From: Haliotis rubra | Taxonomy: Eukaryota | Assembly: GCF_003918875.1 (NCBI RefSeq) | Contig: NW_025767119.1 | Coordinates: forward strand, 806,001 to 870,000 | Reading direction: 5' to 3' | Length of the DNA stretch: 64,000 bases | Shown: positions 51,839-62,970 of the stretch, piece after piece | How the letters are laid out: every line of letters begins with the position of its first letter | How positions within the stretch are numbered: position 1 is the first letter of the stretch | Made by a program: the position numbers and the translations under genes | Notes under the pieces: generated by a model | What the model saw: the letters and a program-made list of their open reading frames with translations, nothing else | The model's database searches: none | Told to the model about the DNA's origin: nothing

Positions 51839-53559
51839 AACTGTCTGCTTGTGAAGGATGCAGTCACGAATCTATTCGTTTGTTTGGTGTGACTCACAAG
51901 CGGCACTCCACGTCTTGGGTGATTTCCAACGATGTCAGAAGCTAACCGGTCCATAGATTGTGTGCTGCCTACACTATATGCACAATATTGTGAGCACACT
52001 TTTCACGCCAGACGCCAAGACGATGTTCAAATATCCTACATGCCACTGCTGTGCGCATGGTGTATGGTATCAAGATACTAAAAAGCTAAAGAGAATTAAC
52101 CCTTTCAATTGTTACCAACAATGTCGGTGTCAAGTTTCTAATTTTGTTGAATATAATTATAAAAGTGTCAATGTTTACTGGTGGGTACCTTAGACCTTCT
52201 ACTATTTTCCCGAATCTTCTCCTACCCCAATAGTCCACTGGGGTTTGCGTCACTTTAGAATGTAAACTGTGAATTCATAATGATAGTTGGCATGATATGA
52301 ACACTTATTTACGAGTTTTATTATTTTTTTAGAGTCTTAAAGAACAACGTCACTGGTATCATTATTTACTGATTAGAGTGATCACTGTGTTTTAGTTAAT
52401 ATAGTTATGTCAGGCATATCAAATTAAAACACAAATTAACCAGTTAATTGCTGGCTCACAACCATCTGCACCAACATGTAAAGTCATTATACTGCTTTCA
52501 TACGGCTGGTTATATACTTCTTTCTTACTGTGCTATACACGACAATGATCCAGGCGAAGCATGCAAATTCCTAGTACAGGAAGATAACTAGCAAGCTGAA
52601 TGGCTTTTCCCTCAAAACTTACACTTTGCTTAATTTGATAAATTAGTGTGGACATGGAGGTTGTTTATGTTGAACTTCATATATGCAGGTAATTAAGTTT
52701 GGTTTTGGTTTTCTTTGGTTTTTCCATATGTTTTTGGTTTTTATAGAATCTTTCTTGCTTTTTCTTCTTGTTGTTTACTAAAGCTGCACTCGGGATGATC
52801 TGAGATCTGCAGATACCCGAGTATTGCACGGGCAATAAAGTTATTGACGTCTTGAGTACTGATTTACCCAAATTGGAAAACGAGAACATGCCTTTTCTAG
52901 CCTTATGGAAATTAAATCAACAACAAGTAAGGAAAGTTTTAATAACGTGATTCGTTTTACTTATTGTGTGCACTGACCGACGATCAATCGCCGTTGATGA
53001 AACATTTTGTTCATTTCAGAACCACATTGTATCTTCTAAAAATACCACGCTTTTTGTGTAAAACGTGATGAGCTCATGATGTCAGAAGCCATAGTTTTAC
53101 TCGTTGATTTGCATAACAATGGACTGGTACATCATGTCTGTGTATCGGTGTCTATTACTGAGAACATATAACGGAATATAATGACAAGGATTTCCCAAGT
53201 ATGTATTACTTGTTTTGAAGATAGATATAACTTTGTCTTACTATCACTGAATGCGATCTTAAAATATCACATTATTAAAAAACTTGCAACATATAGTGCC
53301 GATACCTGGTTTCGAACCCGCAACCCTTCGCTTACTACTCCACTAGGCTACGAAGGATCGCCGTGAAGAATGAGATTGTTTGTCGGTATGAACCGTGTTT
53401 TCCTCACAAGACTGGAAGAGCGGGAAGCGCACCTGCAGGACACAGCTAGCACGTGATTATTCTTTGATATACTGCTATCTGAAAATGTTAAACTTCATAT
53501 TTGCCAAAAGTAAAATATTTTCGGTGAGGTAATTCCAATTCTATATGAAACAGACAAAA

Positions 53560-55230
53560 CGTTGAATATGGCTTCCTTGTTCTTGATACTAAATAATTTA
53601 TACTTTTAGACAAGTTTATTGCATGGGTAAACAAAAGACCAAGATATTTATAGTGACTATTAATCTTAAGATGTAGTTTTTTGGGTACCCACTTTTAATT
53701 TATGGATAACGACCCGCCCTCGCCCCTATACTGTTAACATGTTTAGTATTAACCTTTTTCTTCATACAGTCGGACGAAGTTAAAAGTATATGTACACATT
53801 CATCGATAGCGCCATCTAAGTCAAAATCAAGCATTGTAAGTAAACCTTGACTTCAAGACAACATTTTATCAGATAAATTATCGGCAAAGTTTTTACACAG
53901 AGAATCATTCCAAACAAGTTTTCCTTATCATAACACCCATCGGCTAGTTCATTTGATTGTCTGCATATGGAAATTTACAAGTCAACTCCAGTGGGAAATG
54001 GTCTGAGTCAATGCATTCTCCAATGCTAAAAATCTCAATATAATGAACAAAACCCTGTGAACAAATGATATATAGTAAAGTACGACCAAAGCTATTTACA
54101 ACTTTGTCATGAGATTTGCGGTCATCGAGTGGGGTATCCCCTTCTTCACTATATTGTAGATTGTTCATTTCCGATATCATCATTATAACTAACATAATGG
54201 TTATTTTGCTCACCTGTGTGAGCATTCATATCTCCACAGAAAATTGTAAATGAATCACTGATTTATGGAAGGGTTTCTATAAGAAACTGTTTTCGATTTT
54301 TTCAGTGTTACATTCATGTTCTCTGTTAGAATAGTGGGTGGGTTATAAGTACATATTAAGTTGATATCTTTTGCAAATGAAAATAGTTTTATTGGCAGTT
54401 TCAAGAAAATCAAACTGTCAACTGATGGTGACAGTAAAATGGACATATTGCTTATAGAATTGTGGATACAGACAATTACACAACCAGAAAGTCTAACAAA
54501 GCCAGATAGATTTACTGCAGGGCTGTAGAAAACGTCATAACCGTCCACCCAATTCATATTCGACAAATGTCTCAACAAGACATACTATTTTGAATTTCCG
54601 AAGCTAATAAGAATTCACAGTCGTTTATTTTGTCCCTCAACCCGTTAACGTTCCAGCACAAAAGGGATAGAGTGGTGTTTTCAGTCACGAGATCACTCTC
54701 AGAGTCAGTACTTGCAATGTCATTGACAATAGGTTCTTGTGACCAGGCCTCGGCCGCTACCCTATGGCGTGCTGAACGAGAAGGCGTCTTGCGCCTTCCG
54801 ACGTGAAGAGTCGATCGCCGGTTGCCGCTTACGTTGACGTGTTTGAATCTGACTACGTGTGGCGTATTAGAATAACCCGGGCTTGTATCTGTTTCTCAGT
54901 CGTGTCGTCAAACTCCCAAGTCCAAGTTCCAAGTTCTCCTTGAGAACTGGTCTCAATTTCAGAGCTCGGACCTTATCATCCGACAGCGCGAGTTTCACAA
55001 TAATGGGACGTGGTTTAGTTACTTGTTGACGTTTAGCTCCAAGGCGTTGTGCGCGAATCACGTCAGACGATTGCCATGTCTAAAGGTCAAGTATTTATCA
55101 AATGTAGACAACGGAATCTCTTTACACGACAATGACTTCTAACCGTCAGTATCCGGAATAACATGTAGGAGGATGTTGTCACGTCGACCAACATCCTCGT
55201 TAATCTCCAGGGTATACGTTACAATACATC
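53560..55230 (-). mobile_element. LINE 5' fragment: ORF1 plus endonuclease, decayed
   Basis: ORF1 RRDNILLHVIPD and RAQRLG..KPRPIIVKL; ORF2 LLCWNVNGL, ICTYNPP, VNSFGRTLL, SDHFPL. Confidence 0.8.
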
Positions 55231-56063
55231 TCCACTATACCATGGATGCATCTTCGGCTCGGCCCGATGATTATATACTCTCCCAAAAAAGAAACGCATA
55301 TAGGAATTTCAACTGTATTTTATGTTTATTTTGAAACATCTTGTAGGCTTTATGAGTCAATGAAATATAGCGAAATTGCACACTGGGAATGCAGACTTAT
55401 CCCTCTTTGGCACCAACTCGAGGAAAGTCAGTTTGAGTGTCACATGGAGACGTGTGGTGGGGTTCAAGTCAATACCTCGTGTGACCATCGTGGGCATCCA
55501 GAACTGCACGGCATGGCCTCGGCATCGAACGAATAAGTCTCAGAATCTCGTGTTGCCCAATCGCAGCCCGCTCTGCCTGTAGTGCCTGTGCGAGTTGCTG
55601 AAATGTCTAGGGCTGAGGGCTACTGCGTCGCACCCGTATGTCCAGGGCACCCCACAGATGTTCGATCGGGTTTAAGTTCGGTTATCTTGGGGGCCAGGGG
55701 AGCACATTGATGTTGTGGTTCTTGAGGAAGTCTCTAGTGTGACGTGCTGTGTGGGGCCTGGCATTGTCCTGTTGAAACAACTCCCTCTGACGATCAATGA
55801 TTGGAAGAAGGTGTGGGCGTAGGATTTCTTCACAGTACCGTTGAGCTGTCAGGTTGCCCTGGATCATCACCAAATCACTTCTCCTACAGCAGGTGATCGC
55901 TCCAAACATCATAACACTGTCCCGGCCGAATCTGTCCACCTTGGGAACGCAAGCGTCGGCGAAACGTTCACGTCGACATCTGTACACTCGCATTCTTCCA
56001 TCGCGTCGTTCCAATAGAAATCGTGATTCATCACTGAACCAGATTCTACAGCAATTCGGTAGG

Positions 56064-56987
56064 AAAACTGATTTCTATGGATAGTCAACTTCTTTATTGC
56101 AATGAGTGCGACGTTTCGGTGTAGGTACTAACACCGTTATCAAGCAGGTGATACAACAACTGAGGCAAGGAGAATATATATATAGCTGTATAGTAAGATT
56201 ATACAATTAACAAGGTTGATGTAAATTTGGTATTTGATAAGTGATTGTCAATGTGGAGACTTCTATATTGGTGAAACATCCCGCCCGCTCCCACTACGAA
56301 TCAAGGAACATAAAGCCTCAGTCCAGAAAAACGACTCCAAATCCGCCATAGCTGACCACACCCAAGCCAACCCTGACCATGCCATCCTATGGAACAACAT
56401 CGATATCCTAGAAATCAACAGACAAGACTACAAAATCAGGAAACTCCTTGAAGCCATAAACATCCAACGCCACAACCCCACCATGAATCGAGATCAAGGT
56501 TATTTCATCTCGTCAGCCTATCACCACCTAATCAAACACCACCACCAGTAATCCCCCCCTACCTCCTTTGTCCATCGGGCTTCCATGCTCCCTCCTTTGT
56601 GCTTGTAATCACAACTATTGTACCTCAACTCATCAACTGTATAAACTTTATTCTAATCACAACCAATCACTCTGTACATCAACCTCCTATGCTGTAATCA
56701 CTTATCAAATACCCAATGTACATCAACCTTGTTAATTGTATATACTTACTATACAGCTATATATATATTCTCCTTGCCTCAGTTGTTGTATCACCCCGTC
56801 GGCGACATTGGCTCAGCTAAAAGCCGACGTTAAACTCCAAATCATCGCATCGCATGTTGTATCACCTGCTTGATAACGGTGTTAGTACCTACACCGAAAC
56901 GTCGCACTCATTGCAATAAAGAAGTTGACTATCCATAGAAATCAGTTTTCCTTCATCTTCACAACTTCTAAAATGCCTCTCAAAGAA
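56064..56987 (+). mobile_element. 5'-truncated Penelope-like element with an inverted pseudo-LTR
   Basis: GIY-YIG C-terminal ORF 56234-56551 (CQCGDFYIGETSRPL..RIKEH..LEAINI..MNRDQG); ~190-bp inverted repeats at 56061-56247 and 56696-56952; 14-bp TSD AGCAATTCGGTAGG at 56050 and 56988. Confidence 0.9.
56867..56906 (+). ncRNA. Minimal hammerhead ribozyme-like motif (inverted copy at 56107-56146)
   Basis: TGC-TTGATAA-C-GGTG(loop)CACC-GAAAC-GTC-GCA within the Penelope pLTR. Confidence 0.65.
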
Positions 56988-58184
56988 AGCAATTCGGTAG
57001 GTTCCAGGCCTGAACGTCGGTGCACCATTGAACTCGATGTCGACGATGTTGTCGAAGCACAGGGCCAAATTAAGTTTTTTGGCACGTAATCCAGCCTCTC
57101 TCAACCTGTTCCTGACGGTCTGTGCAGAAAACCTCCTCAATCCGGGTATTTGTCGAGCGGTACTGCCATAGCTGTTCGATGACGCAGGTGATGTACCCGG
57201 ATGTAGCGATCCTGCGCCGCAGTGGTCGCTCGAGGTCGCCCACTACGAGGGGCATCTGCTACCGAATTCTGCCGGCGATATCTTTCCCAGAGCCGTGAAA
57301 TGGTGCTTTGGTGAAAATTCATGCGTCGGGCAACTGCACGTTGAGACTGGCCAGCTTCAAGCAAACCAATGGCGATTTGACGGTTGGCTTCACTTAGACG
57401 TGGCATTTTGCGTTTGTCAACAATATTCCAAATACAGTGAATAATCGACAGACAGCGATCAACCTTTTATACCCATCATTGAGACTATCTGATCCCCAAC
57501 TTTCACGTGCATTGAATGTGAATTGTGTATTCTGTGACACTACACGCCGAAATTGAAAATCATGCTGTTAAATACGGGTATGTTACTGATGGTGCGTTTT
57601 GTTGTGATGTTTCAAAACATAAACACCATAGGACTCATAAACAGAGCAAAACCTTTTGTAAAATGAATCACGTTTTAATTCATTGCTACATAAACTTGCA
57701 GTTTTCATGATACGTTTCATTTTTGGGAGAGTATATTAGTATGGCGAATGGCGTATTGACTGAACAGTTTATGACAGAATCTACCTGGAGAACGATAGGG
57801 ACAATATCAAAATATTGGGATTCATAATAAAAATAAAGAAAATAATTAAAGTTCATATTTATATAGCGCCTGTTACAACAAACTGCTCAAAGTAGCTTAG
57901 GGAAACTCAGTGTAAAAAACCTTTGTCTTTAGCATTCGCTTGAACTGGTCAATTTCGAAGAAGGATGTTGTTTGCAAGTTTCAGGCCAGGCGAAACATCG
58001 TACGAACTAGGTCCCCTCGCTCGCTTGCTTGCCTGCTTGCGGGCATTGATATTGTATCAGTAATGTCCAGCCACTGGTACATTCTCACCACCAGTTAACT
58101 GAACCAATTATCTCTCCCCTTACAACTTAGAAGCTGCTGTGGAGGTCTACCATCCTACTCAGACTGAAAAAGTCTTGTGGTATC

Positions 58185-58305
58185 GGGGCGGTGGTGTAGC
58201 CTAGTGGTTAAAGCGTTCGTCACGCCAGGTTCGATACCCAATTTATTGTGTTCCCTGCCGTTATATTGATGAAAAGCGGCGTAAAGTAAACTCACTCAGT
58301 CACTC
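58185..58305 (+). mobile_element. tRNA-derived SINE, internally deleted (same family as 49103)
   Basis: GGGGCGGTGGTGTAGCCTAGTGGTTAAAGCG head and AAAAGCGGCGTAAA..ACTCACTC tail. Further partial copies at 58498-58570(-) and 60666-60757(+). Confidence 0.8.
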
Positions 58306-58317
58306 TTGTGGTTTCAG

Positions 58318-58432
58318 TCCAACACCACCTACACGTACAACATCTTCAACTACAGGCCCAACCTCCTCGACTGGGACATCAGCTCCTGCTACAGTGGTCA
58401 AAAGAAGAGGGTTCTACAGTTTGCTGTACCTG
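58318..58432 (+). CDS. Probable internal coding exon, product uncertain
   Basis: TTTCAG acceptor and GTGAG donor. The frame SNTTYTYNIFNYRPNLLDWDISSCYSGQKKRVLQFAVP has strong third-position C bias. Confidence 0.5.
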
Positions 58433-58939
58433 GTGAGCTATCAACACGAGCTATCAAAGCAGACTTCAACGGGAGATATGGCTATGATAAGATCAGACTG
58501 ACTGACTGAATTAGTTTGGCTTTACGCCGCTTTTAGCAATATCCCAGCAACATCACGGCGGGGGACACCAGGCTAAGATCAGAACGTCGCGTCAGTGAAA
58601 TTGACTTGAAAGCGTTTGTGATGTCATTGATTACCATTACGTCGCCGTCAATCGGATGGTATAATTGCACCGAAATGTTTGCAGTCCATTGTGACGTCAC
58701 TTACCATTGAGTCAGGTTCGCTGACATGTCGGGGCATATCTCAAATGTGTAGATCAATGCTCATGATGTCAGTCGCTGGAGTATGGAGTGCCTGGCTTAG
58801 ATACGATTTGTAATCGAACGCCACATGTACCTGAAATATTGTTGAGTACGGTGTGAAGCAACAAACAAGCACAACCTGAATCTAGACATTAGTTTCACAT
58901 TTTTTGTATTTGTCAAACATATATGATAACCTTCTGCAG

Positions 58940-59751
58940 GCTATTCCTGCTATACCTACATTATTCCGGGACACTACTGAGGAAGTTGAAACCACTTCAA
59001 CATCAGCGACAACATCACCAATAACACGAGATACATCATCAGCAGATACATCATCTACAGCATCATCAACTGCGTCATTCACAACATCAGCGACAACATC
59101 ACCAACACCACTAACATCACCAATAACACGAGATACATCAGCAGCAGATACATCATCGACACCATCATCAACTGCGTCATTCACAACATCTGCGAAATCG
59201 TCAAAATTAGTAAAACCCACGGAAACCGTCGCAACCAGAATCACACAAACAAAACCATGGAGGAAACCCACAGTGACCCCTGCAACTAAAGGTTATGCGC
59301 CGCCCATGTGCCCAAAACGCCATGTGACAACACAGCGCCTGCCCCGGCCATTAAAACCCCATGTGACAACACAACGCCTGCCCCGCCCTTCAAAACCCCA
59401 TGTGACAACACAGCGCCTGCCCCGCCCTTCAAAACCCCATGTGACAACACAGCGCCTGCCCCGACCATCAAAACCCCATGTGACAACACAGCGCCTTGCC
59501 AGGCCCATCAAAACCCCATGTGACAACACAGCACCTGCCCCGACCATCAAAACCCCATGTGACAACACAGCGCCTGCCAGGCCCATCAAAACCCCATGTG
59601 ACAACACAGAGCCTGCCCCGACCATGAAAACCCCATGTGACAACACAGCGCCTGCCAGGCCCATCAAAACCCAGTGTGACAACACAGGGCCTGCCTGGCC
59701 CATCACTGGCTAACATTATGTGTAGCAACAACCAGAGAGGCTACAAAACAG
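58940..59751 (+). CDS. Mucin-like Ser/Thr/Pro-rich exon with a 39-bp tandem repeat; possibly pseudogenised
   Basis: CTTCTGCAG acceptor at 58939 and AG/GTACGG donor at ~59751; a duplicated S/T-rich block; ~10 units of 39 bp (KPHVTTQRLPRPS) at 59315-59705 with a +1 insertion near 59496. Confidence 0.55.
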
Positions 59752-61404
59752 GTACGGTATGAACTGATTGAAGCATGTGTTTGTCCTTTCTCTCTTTATT
59801 CTGGAGTATGTAGGCCATCGGTGTCCTCCCATTACGCAGACAGCCAGTTCGCAGACACCTTAAAACAACAACATTTACGGTTCAGTGAACAGATTATCTA
59901 CTACCTGTTACCTACACATTATTATGGAATAGTCCAATAAAAACACAGGAACAAACTGAAGCTAAATTCTTCAAAGGCATTTAGAAGTTGGTAGAATGAA
60001 GATTGAAATCTTATGGATAACAAAAATCAAGAAGTAGTTATCCATAAGATTTGTCTTGTATTAAAACTGAAGCTATATTATTTATTTTGAAAGATGGACG
60101 AAAAGACAGTAATTTGAATTTGTATTGCTGCAATATGAAAACAGTTTATCACAAGCATTTCAGTTTAACAATAAACACAATCAAACCTCTCAGTGACAAA
60201 CCTGGTTTTATATTCGATAGTAATTGAAGGTAAAAACAATTTTGAGAAGAGAAATCATTTATCATTTAAACACAACAAATTCCTATTTACCTACAATCAA
60301 ACTTCTCAGTAACGAACCTGTTTCAGGCTCACCTGCTCTACTCACTAGACAGTGGACTGTTCCATTATACCCGTAGGTGTTACCCTCATTAACCTTCTAG
60401 TTCAGTGTCTGTCAATTGGGTGTCTGTCAAATGGGAGATAACCAGGCCATCGGCCCGTAGTACAGTTATTTCATACAGCCAACAAATGGCTTGTTCGTAG
60501 CTTATTCGCGTAAAATAGATGCAAAGTTAGATTTCCTAGCACAGTGGAATTGTCTACAGACATCAAAGACATACAGACATTTGTACAATGATGGATAGGT
60601 ATTATAGTTCACAGGAATATATATATATATATACATAATGTACGTAGATGATCATAAGCATAATATGGGTTCGATGTGTGAAGCCCATTTCTGGTGACCC
60701 CGCCGTGACGTAGCTGGAATATTGCTAAAAGCGGCGTCAAACCATACTCACTCACTCAATATGGCTGTCTCCTCAATAACAATAACAGTAATTCTACCAT
60801 GACACAGAAAAATGTGTGATTATAATTGATCATTAATATTAAAATGATGTATCTATTTTCATTAAATATCTCAAAATGGACAGGCATTTCGACGACCACC
60901 ATCACATCACTAAAATTACCATGGGCTGCCGATGCCAGTAGCTCTTTAGTGAGTGAGTGTGGGTGGGTGGGTGAATGAGGTAAAATTGTATAGTCACATC
61001 GGCAGTATTTCATCCACATGGCGACTAAAACAAGTTACTAAATCATGGTAAATAAAGTTGAATTGTAAAAACCTGTCGACCAAAGACAATAAATACAACT
61101 GGAATATCACAGAAACAGAATCGAAAACAAGGATCTATCTCTAAAATGTGATTTCGTTACGAAACAATACAATATACACACGGACTGCAGATCGCCAGGA
61201 ATTTTGTCTGAAGTTGAACTGGCAATGACCCACATTCCTGGGTTACCTTCCTTTTCTATTTCACAAATAGATGGCGCCAATCTCTACAGTCCCGAGCGAA
61301 CTTCCGGTAGTGTATTTGAGCAGCTCCGAATACTTTGTAGTACAAGAAGGAAGTTGTTGCCTGGAAGTAGTGAGATCACGGCATTTTTAGAAGTTGGAGA
61401 ATCA

Positions 61405-61528
61405 GGACAAATTTTATGGATGAACAACTTCTTTATTAGATACGGATTTATTGCGGCCGTCAAGCAGATCTGTGTCGAAACGTCGCATCATCTGAATAAA
61501 GAAGTTGTTCATCCATACAGTTTGTCCT
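61405..61528. mobile_element. Penelope-type pLTR remnant forming a hairpin
   Basis: ~33-bp inverted arms (GGACAAATTTTATGGATGAACAACTTCTTTATT and AATAAAGAAGTTGTTCATCCATACAGTTTGTCC) around GAAACGTCGCA; similar to the pLTR end at 56896-56952. Confidence 0.7.
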
Positions 61529-61620
61529 TATCAGTAATGTGATCGATTATCCAGAAAATCACACTAGTGCATTTACTGGTTTTATTTAAACTGAAACACA
61601 ACTTAGGAATATATAACGTA

Positions 61621-61743
61621 AGTGAGTGAGTATGGTTTTACGCCGCCTTAAGCAATATTCCTGGAATATCACTGCGGAGAACACCAGAAATGGGCTTCAC
61701 ACATTGTACCCATGTGGGGAATCGAACCCGGATCTTCGGCGTT
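61621..61743 (-). mobile_element. tRNA-derived SINE, 5' truncated
   Basis: GTGAGTGAGTATGGTTTTACGCCGC...GGAATCGAACCCGG. Confidence 0.85.
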
Positions 61744-62513
61744 CCTGGGAACTGGGACCGCCATCTTTATGTCCAGAAGAAGGAACTTTGGATTCTGTTG
61801 ATGTGGCTCGACCCACGAACATTGACTGGTCTCCTTACATGTTGCAAATAGCTGTCTATGATCTTTAACGTTCCTCCAATAAATATGAAACTCGAAACGT
61901 TCACCTGGTGCATGTCCCGCTACAACATAGACCTCCATAAAGTGAGATATATCTTTGTTTGAGACCTCGTCTCTTGAAACACAAGTCAGTCCGTGGGGTT
62001 TCCGCCTCATTTAACAATACCAAAGCAATGTAAGGGACACAGCCGTAATCATCTCACGTTGTACCCGTGTGGGGTATTCAACCTCGGCCTTCTGGGTGAC
62101 ACATGAATGCTATAACAATAATAAGAAGAAGGACATTTATGTGGCGCTGAACTCCACACCGCACAAGGAAGGGTATAAGCGCATACAAAAGAAGGGATGA
62201 ACAATTGTCAGTGATTATGAAACAGATGGGTCTTCATGCCAGATTTAAAAGTACTCAAGGAAAAGGCACACCAAGGGTGAGGGGGAACAGAGTCCCATAG
62301 CACAGCAGCAGTAATCAGCTTTTAAAGTGCATACATTTACAGTATTTGTGCTCGGAGCGCTGCTTTATTAATGAATGTATCAGCGAGCACCCAATTTATA
62401 TGCAACACAAGGAACACAGGAGGAACTAAAAGACTCGACATTTTACCATCTTAATGTCAGCATCAGCTGTAGCTTAACTACACAACAGAATGTGCTATGA
62501 AAGGCGATATGTA

Positions 62514-62634
62514 GTGAGTGAGTATGGTTTTACACCGCTTTTAGCAATATTCCAGCAATATCACGGCGGGGAATCGAACCCGGATCTTCGGCGTGACGAG
62601 CGAACGCTTTAACCACTAGGCTACCCAACCGCCC
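62514..62634 (-). mobile_element. tRNA-derived SINE with a central deletion
   Basis: Both ends are intact; the middle is deleted between two G-runs (CACGGCGGGG/AATCGAACC). Confidence 0.85.
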
Positions 62635-62827
62635 ACTTTCAGCTATAATACACTTAAAGCAACAATTAGAGATACATTAGCGTGACGGAAATGACACGAT
62701 GTTTGGACATTAATCAACAGTAATTAACGCTGATCTCAAGAGGTGACTTTACCGGAAACAGCACTCCAATTGTCAAGCCTTCATCACTGTGTCTCATGAT
62801 GCAATCTGCTGGCTGACACAAAACCCA

Positions 62828-62935
62828 GGGCCCCGTTTCACAAAGCTATCGTAGCGCTACGACTGTCGTACCTCCTATACTGTAGCATATACTTACGACA
62901 GTCGAAGCACTAGGATAGCTCTTTGACACGGGATC
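62828..62935. mobile_element. Short palindromic MITE
   Basis: CCCGTTTCACAAAGCTATCGTAGCGCTACGACTGTCGTA and TACGACAGTCGAAGCACTAGGATAGCTCTTTGACACGGG form imperfect inverted arms. Confidence 0.65.
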
Positions 62936-62970
62936 AGGGCTATACCTTTGAGGTAATATCAAAACACATA

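Larger units (their letters stand above)
55276..57733 (-). mobile_element. Tc1/mariner transposon (family 2), full length, interrupted by a Penelope element
   Basis: TA flanks; TIR TACTCTCCCAAAAAAGAAACG; MPRLSEANRQIAIG, SGRPRATT, FSDESRF, FQQDNARPH, WPPR.PELKPIEHLW. Confidence 0.92.

Noticed and set aside
58882-59731. Minus-strand Val/Asp/Gly-rich ORFs
   Set aside because: Antisense shadows of the S/T-rich and 39-bp repeats; the splice signals favour the plus strand.
62575-62634. Possible tRNA genes here and at 49200-49267 and 58185-58240
   Set aside because: The A/B boxes are SINE heads attached to SINE bodies and (ACTC)n tails; no complete cloverleaf.
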